Positions 26,758-32,000 of a stretch of DNA of 32,000 nucleotides are shown here, piece by piece. This DNA comes from Vibrio cholerae ATCC 14035 (GTDB lineage Bacteria; Pseudomonadota; Gammaproteobacteria; Enterobacterales; Vibrionaceae): NCBI RefSeq assembly GCF_000621645.1, contig NZ_JHXR01000022.1, positions 30,001-62,000 of the forward strand, written 5' to 3'. Positions within the stretch are counted from its first letter, which is position 1; each line of letters begins with the position of its first letter. The notes under the pieces are model-generated. The model made no database searches. It saw only the letters and a program-made list of their open reading frames with translations, and was not told the origin of the DNA. A program made the translations under genes and the position numbers.

Positions 26758-28350
26758 CTAATTTTTGCTCTCAGTGGATGGTTTGGCAGATGGCTCGGCG
26801 CTCGATTCACTGTTTTCGAGTGACTCTGATTCGAGTGCTTCCGCTTCTTCATCCAAGATTTCACGGTTTGCTTCTTCATTGAAAAATTCTTCATCAAGCG
26901 CAATCACGGTGAGATCTTCAATACTTTCATCGCCTGTCGCCAATTGACGCTGCTCAAGATGGCCGATGATGCTTTGATAGTAACGGCGAATATTTTCCAC
27001 ATAATTACGTGCTTCGTCGCCACGCGCATAGCCATAGCGGGTCTGGGTGAAATATTTTTTCTGCTGTAGCTGTGGTAGGCGATCTTTGACATCCGCCCAT
27101 GAGTCAGGATCTGCGCCTTGGCTTTTGGTTAAGCGTCGCGCATCCATCATATGCCCGTAGCCAATGTTGTAAGAGGCTAAGGCAAACCAAATTTTTTCAT
27201 GTTCGGAAATCGAGTCAGGGACACGCTCCATCATACGTCGCAAGTATTCCACCCCACCACGAATCGACTGTTCTGGATCGAGGCGATCGCTTACCCCTAC
27301 ACTGCGCGCGGTTGGTAGTGTCAACATCATCAAACCACGGACACCCGTGGGCGATTTGGCATACGGATTCCAGTGCGACTCCTGATACGCAAGTGCGGCG
27401 ACTAAACGCCAATCAAACTCTGCCGAGTACTTTTGAAAGAGAGGCGTCCATCGAGGTAATCGTGTATCCAGCGCGCGAATAAAGGCGCGGGTATCGACAT
27501 AATCAAAGGCACCAATATGGCCGATGTATTTTTCTTCCAAAGACGCCAAATAGCCCGATTGCTTGAGATTGCCAAAGAATTCAATCATTAAGGCATACAG
27601 ACTTTCATCGTCGGAACGGCGGATAAACCATGAGATCGGCTGATCTTCGGTTAATTCAAATGCCGCCGCCAGTTCAGGATAGATGCGTTGAGAAAGCGAC
27701 ACCTCAACAGAGTCGGCCATCGTAAACAGTAACTCTCCTTGTGAGACTTTTTTCAGTAAGTCATTCACATCGGAATTGCTGTCGACATGAAATTGAAAAT
27801 CGGGGTATTTCTGCTGTTTGGCTAGCAAGGTGTGCTCAAAATGGGAGTCATCCACCACGCTGAAAAAGGCGAGCTCAGGATTGTCCTTTAATAAGGTTTG
27901 CTGGCGTTCGACCAACTGTTTGAAGCTGCGTGGTCGCCAGTCACCTTTTTTATAGACCACTTGCTGCGAAACGTAATAATAAGCAGGACCTGCGCGAAAA
28001 TCTTTGAGTCGCTCTTCGGATTGGCTTAAGCCTGCGGCAATGATGTCCACTTCACCGTTTTTTAAGGCAGGAAACAGGCTAGATAGGCGGTATGCTGGCT
28101 TCATTTCCAGCTTTACGCCAAGCTCTTTGGCAAATTCGCGGGCTAACTCGTAATCCAATCCCGTTGGGCCATCAGGGCCGATGTAGTAGGAGAGGGGATT
28201 GTTGAGCGTACCAACGCGTAAAACACCACGTTCACGAATTTTTTCTAGCTCGCTTTTGGGCTCGGAATCGATTTGGCAACCGACTAAGAGCAGGCTTAAT
28301 AAGCCTAGCCAGAGTGCGCGAATGGGGAGTTTATAGGCAAAAGGAGTCAT
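26758..28350 (-). CDS. mltF: Membrane-bound lytic murein transglycosylase F
   Basis: N-terminal lipobox-like LLLVGC, a solute-binding-protein-like domain (ERGVLRVGTLNNPLSYY) and a C-terminal SLT domain (AYQESHWNP...GLMMLT). The ATG at 28350 is one codon inside the listed TTG start. Confidence 0.93.
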   Translation of the reverse strand: MTPFAYKLPIRALWLGLLSLLLVGCQIDSEPKSELEKIRERGVLRVGTLNNPLSYYIGPDGPTGLDYELAREFAKELGVKLEMKPAYRLSSLFPALKNGEVDIIAAGLSQSEERLKDFRAGPAYYYVSQQVVYKKGDWRPRSFKQLVERQQTLLKDNPELAFFSVVDDSHFEHTLLAKQQKYPDFQFHVDSNSDVNDLLKKVSQGELLFTMADSVEVSLSQRIYPELAAAFELTEDQPISWFIRRSDDESLYALMIEFFGNLKQSGYLASLEEKYIGHIGAFDYVDTRAFIRALDTRLPRWTPLFQKYSAEFDWRLVAALAYQESHWNPYAKSPTGVRGLMMLTLPTARSVGVSDRLDPEQSIRGGVEYLRRMMERVPDSISEHEKIWFALASYNIGYGHMMDARRLTKSQGADPDSWADVKDRLPQLQQKKYFTQTRYGYARGDEARNYVENIRRYYQSIIGHLEQRQLATGDESIEDLTVIALDEEFFNEEANREILDEEAEALESESLENSESSAEPSAKPSTESKN

Positions 28351-28489
28351 CAATTTGGGTTTTCTCTCATCAAGACAGATGCCTTTATATCAAAGGCGCT
28401 GGTTTTGGCAAAGTCCTCACTGAGTAAGCTGTCATTTTGCTCGAAGATTTGTGCAAATGGGTCGTAACTCAAAATTAACGAAAAAAATG

Positions 28490-28505
28490 ACGCAAACGGT
28501 TGCTT
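28490..28505. promoter_or_regulatory. PurR operator candidate upstream of purL
   Basis: ACGCAAACGGTTGCTT matches the ACGCAAACGTTTGCGT-type consensus at 14 of 16 positions. TATAAT lies at 28535-28540 downstream. Confidence 0.6.
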
Positions 28506-28659
28506 TTGGTGTTACGTCACAAAAAGAATTCCTCTATAATGCGCAGCCATCAGTAGAGGTGAAATCGGCATACATTCAACAAATAGAGTTTAATGTGCTG
28601 TATTCGAAAGAGTTTATGCCAATTACACCTCAATCAATTGGACATAGAGACCTAAGCAC

Positions 28660-31600
28660 ATGAGAATTTTGCGTGGCTCCCCAGCTCTTTCAGAGTTTCG
28701 TGTTAACAAGCTCCTGACCGCGTGTCGTGAACAGCAACTGCCTGTAACCGGTATTTACGCCGAGTTTATGCACTTTGCCGATCTCAAGGCAGAGCTCAAT
28801 CCGCAAGAGTTGGAAAAGCTCGAAAAACTGCTCACTTATGGTCCAACCATTCAAGAGCATGAACCGCAAGGTTTACTGCTGTTGGTGACGCCGCGCCCCG
28901 GAACCATCTCACCTTGGTCCTCAAAAGCCACCGATATTGCACACAACTGTGGCCTGCATGGCATCAAGCGCCTTGAGCGCGGTACGGCTTATTATGTTGA
29001 AGCAGAAACGGCGCTGACCGCAGCACAAATCGCAACACTTGAGGCGCTGCTGCATGATCGAATGATGGAAGTCGTGTTCGCAGAACTCACCGATGCCCAG
29101 CAACTGTTCAGCGTAGCAGAGCCTGCGCCTATGAGTCAGGTCGATGTATTAGCGGGCGGTCGTCGTGCGCTTGAAGAGGCAAACGTTTCCCTTGGTCTGG
29201 CATTGGCTGAAGATGAAATTGATTATCTGGTTGAGAGCTTCACTAAACTGGGTCGTAATCCTAACGACATTGAACTGATGATGTTTGCACAGGCGAACTC
29301 AGAGCACTGCCGCCACAAGATTTTCAACGCCGATTGGACCATTGATGGAGTTAAGCAAGACAAGTCACTGTTCAAAATGATCAAAAACACCTTTGAACAG
29401 ACGCCGGATTATGTGCTTTCGGCTTATAAAGATAATGCCGCAGTAATGACGGGCTCGACCGTTGGCCGTTTCTTCCCCGACCCCGAGAGCCGTCAGTACA
29501 CTTATCACCATGAAGATGCCCACATTCTGATGAAAGTGGAAACGCATAACCACCCAACGGCGATTTCGCCTTGGCCGGGGGCTTCGACTGGTTCTGGCGG
29601 TGAAATTCGTGATGAGGGCGCAACCGGTATTGGCGGCAAGCCTAAAGCGGGATTGGTGGGCTTTACCACCTCGAACTTGCGTATTCCCGGTTTTGAACAG
29701 CCATGGGAAAGCGATTTTGGTAAGCCAAGCCGCATTGTGAATGCGCTGGATATCATGCTGGAAGGGCCACTCGGCGGCGCGGCGTTCAACAACGAATTTG
29801 GTCGCCCGAACCTACTTGGGTATTTCCGCACTTATGAAGAAAAAGTGACGTCACATGCTGGTGAAGAGGTGCGTGGTTATCACAAGCCGATCATGATTGC
29901 CGGCGGTATGGGTAACATTCGCGCCGAGCATATTCAGAAGAAAGAGATCCCAGTGGGGGCAAAACTGATCGTACTCGGAGGCCCTGCGATGAACATCGGT
30001 CTCGGTGGTGGCGCAGCCTCTTCGATGGCTTCTGGCCAGTCTGCTGAAGATCTGGATTTTGCTTCTGTGCAGCGTGAAAACCCAGAGATGGAGCGCCGCT
30101 GTCAGGAAGTGATTGACCGTTGTTGGCAGCTCGGTGACAAAAACCCGATCGCCTTTATCCACGATGTGGGCGCGGGTGGTATCTCTAACGCTCTGCCTGA
30201 GCTGGTGAATGACGGCGATCGCGGTGGTAAATTCCAGTTGCGCAACGTGCCGAATGATGAGCCGGGCATGAGCCCATTGGAAATCTGGTGTAATGAATCA
30301 CAAGAGCGTTATGTGCTGGCGGTTGCTGCGGAAGATATGCCGCTGTTTGATGCGATTTGCCAGCGTGAACGCGCCCCTTATGCCGTGGTAGGTGAAGCGA
30401 CCGAAGAGCGCCATTTGACGCTGGAAGACAGCCACTTTGCTAACACGCCGATTGATATGCCAATGGATATTCTGTTGGGTAAGCCGCCGAAAATGCATCG
30501 TGAAGCGAGCACGCTGAAAGTTTCAAGCCCAGCGCTAGAGCGTTCAGGCATTGAGCTTAATGAAGCGGTGGATCGCGTACTGCGTTTACCGGCAGTCGCA
30601 GAAAAAACGTTCCTGATCACCATTGGTGACCGCTCAGTGACTGGCTTAGTCGCGCGGGATCAAATGGTCGGCCCATGGCAAGTTCCCGTCGCAAACTGCG
30701 CAGTAACGGCCGCGAGTTTTGATTCTTACCACGGCGAAGCGATGTCTATGGGTGAGCGTACCCCTGTTGCGCTGTTGGATTTCGGTGCCTCTGCACGTTT
30801 AGCGGTCGGTGAAGCTATTACCAACATAGCCGCAACCGATATTGGCGAGCTGAAACGCATCAAACTTTCGGCGAACTGGATGTCTCCAGCGGGCCATCCG
30901 GGTGAAGATGCCGGTCTGTATGAAGCGGTGAAAGCGGTCGGTGAAGAGCTTTGTCCTGCACTGGGTATCACTATCCCAGTCGGTAAAGACTCGATGTCGA
31001 TGAAAACCAAGTGGCAGGAAAATGGCGAGCAGAAAGAAGTGACTTCGCCGCTGTCACTCATCATCACCGCCTTTGCACGTGTGGAAGACATTCGCAAGAC
31101 CGTGACCCCACAACTGCGTACTGACCTTGGTGAGACAAGCTTAATCTTGATTGACTTGGGGAATGGTCAAAATCGTCTTGGCGCAACCGCATTGGCGCAA
31201 GTGTACAAACAGTTGGGTGATAAGCCGGCTGATGTGGATAACGCGGCGCAGCTCAAAGGCTTTTTTGATGCAGTACAAACGCTGGTGCGTAACGACAAGC
31301 TGGTGGCTTACCACGACAAAGGTGACGGCGGTTTATTGGTGACGTTGGCAGAAATGGCTTTCGCGGGTCACTGTGGTATTAAAGCCAATATTGAAACCTT
31401 GGGTGATGATGCACTGGCGGCACTGTTCAATGAAGAGCTTGGCGCCGTGGTTCAAGTGAAAAATGATGAGCTGAATGCTGTTCTGGCAACACTTGCCGCC
31501 CATGGTTTAGAAGCGTGTGCTCACGTGATTGGTGAAGTAGAAGCATCCGATCGTCTGCTGATCACTTGTGGTGAGGAAGTCTTGATTGAGCGCTCTCGTA

Positions 31601-32000
31601 CTGAGCTTCGCACCATCTGGGCGGAAATGACCCATAAGATGCAAGCGCTGCGTGATAACTCGGCGTGTGCTGATCAAGAGTTTGCGGCCAAACAAGATAA
31701 CCGTGACCCGGGCTTGAATGCGAAGTTAACTTACGATGTGCAAGCCGACGTTGCTGCGCCGTACATCGCCAAAGGTGTGCGTCCGAAAATGGCGATTTTG
31801 CGTGAGCAAGGCGTCAACTCACACGTTGAGATGGCGGCAGCGTTTGACCGCGCTGGTTTTGATGCGGTTGATGTGCATATGAGCGACATTCTGACTGGGC
31901 AAACCGTGCTCGATGCTTACCAAGGTCTGGTGGCTTGTGGTGGCTTCTCTTACGGCGACGTATTGGGTGCGGGCGAAGGTTGGGCGAAATCGATTCTGTT
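28660..32000 (+). CDS. purL: Phosphoribosylformylglycinamidine synthase PurL (large single-chain form), 5' part; continues beyond the window
   Basis: The ATG at 28660 gives [19 protein letters not shown], and frame 1 stays open to the window end. It is absent from the ORF track only because no stop is reached. All minus-strand ORFs listed here are antisense artefacts. Confidence 0.97.
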   Translation, partial: MRILRGSPALSEFRVNKLLTACREQQLPVTGIYAEFMHFADLKAELNPQELEKLEKLLTYGPTIQEHEPQGLLLLVTPRPGTISPWSSKATDIAHNCGLHGIKRLERGTAYYVEAETALTAAQIATLEALLHDRMMEVVFAELTDAQQLFSVAEPAPMSQVDVLAGGRRALEEANVSLGLALAEDEIDYLVESFTKLGRNPNDIELMMFAQANSEHCRHKIFNADWTIDGVKQDKSLFKMIKNTFEQTPDYVLSAYKDNAAVMTGSTVGRFFPDPESRQYTYHHEDAHILMKVETHNHPTAISPWPGASTGSGGEIRDEGATGIGGKPKAGLVGFTTSNLRIPGFEQPWESDFGKPSRIVNALDIMLEGPLGGAAFNNEFGRPNLLGYFRTYEEKVTSHAGEEVRGYHKPIMIAGGMGNIRAEHIQKKEIPVGAKLIVLGGPAMNIGLGGGAASSMASGQSAEDLDFASVQRENPEMERRCQEVIDRCWQLGDKNPIAFIHDVGAGGISNALPELVNDGDRGGKFQLRNVPNDEPGMSPLEIWCNESQERYVLAVAAEDMPLFDAICQRERAPYAVVGEATEERHLTLEDSHFANTPIDMPMDILLGKPPKMHREASTLKVSSPALERSGIELNEAVDRVLRLPAVAEKTFLITIGDRSVTGLVARDQMVGPWQVPVANCAVTAASFDSYHGEAMSMGERTPVALLDFGASARLAVGEAITNIAATDIGELKRIKLSANWMSPAGHPGEDAGLYEAVKAVGEELCPALGITIPVGKDSMSMKTKWQENGEQKEVTSPLSLIITAFARVEDIRKTVTPQLRTDLGETSLILIDLGNGQNRLGATALAQVYKQLGDKPADVDNAAQLKGFFDAVQTLVRNDKLVAYHDKGDGGLLVTLAEMAFAGHCGIKANIETLGDDALAALFNEELGAVVQVKNDELNAVLATLAAHGLEACAHVIGEVEASDRLLITCGEEVLIERSRTELRTIWAEMTHKMQALRDNSACADQEFAAKQDNRDPGLNAKLTYDVQADVAAPYIAKGVRPKMAILREQGVNSHVEMAAAFDRAGFDAVDVHMSDILTGQTVLDAYQGLVACGGFSYGDVLGAGEGWAKSIL

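Noticed and set aside
26682-26903. 73-codon minus-strand ORF overlapping the mltF 3' end.
   Set aside because: It overlaps the mltF coding sequence out of frame for two thirds of its length, and has no SD. The remainder is the structured spacer discussed in the findings.
28451-28663. 70-codon plus-strand ORF immediately upstream of purL.
   Set aside because: It has a non-ATG start. It spans the PurR box, the -10 element and the purL 5' leader, and ends overlapping the purL ATG. This is more parsimoniously regulatory DNA.
28921-31695. Many 60-123-codon ORFs (mostly on the minus strand, two on the plus strand) across the right end of the window.
   Set aside because: All lie inside the continuous purL reading frame (frame 1 from 28660, open to the window end). 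They are shadow ORFs of a GC-richer gene.
1-32000. Looked for CRISPR arrays, rRNA or tRNA genes, long tandem arrays, and clustered novel defence-type operons.
   Set aside because: No regularly spaced direct repeats or cloverleaf or rRNA signatures were seen. tmRNA is the only RNA gene. Every large ORF cluster resolves into known families.

Overview
From gene content and order, this window reads as Vibrio cholerae chromosome I. That identification comes from my memory of the protein families; no search was possible. About 1-11100 is the visibly AT-rich distal (acf) end of the TCP/VPI-1 pathogenicity island. It holds the acfB 3' end, acfC, an RDD-family gene, tagE, acfA, a frameshifted acfD, a decayed second integrase, an IS5-family transposase scrap and the intact P4-type int. 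The island abuts the 3' end of ssrA (tmRNA, 11103-11469, minus strand). The rest is conserved core: smpB, ratA, rnfH, bamE, recN (twin SOS boxes), nadK, grpE-dnaK-dnaJ (sigma-32 promoters), a type IV minor-pilin cluster (pilE / fimT-pilW-pilX-pilV), an orphan ORF, an AbgT-family transporter, tadA, mltF and the first ~1113 codons of purL (PurR box upstream). I see no CRISPR array, rRNA, tRNA or recognisable new multi-gene (for example defence) system; almost every convincing ORF belongs to a known family. Five things deserve a second look. (1) Single-A homopolymer indels split acfD and pilV, and the acfD site has a +1-slippery AAA-AGA-TAA context. (2) The island end is composite, with a live int, an IS scrap and a dead paralogous int. 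(3) An unlisted 43-codon, extremely basic ORF with a strong SD lies between tadA and mltF, directly behind a terminator-like hairpin. (4) The minor-pilin operon lacks pilY1 and has an oversized PilX-like protein. (5) A family-less ORF sits in an AT-rich spacer next to the pilin genes.
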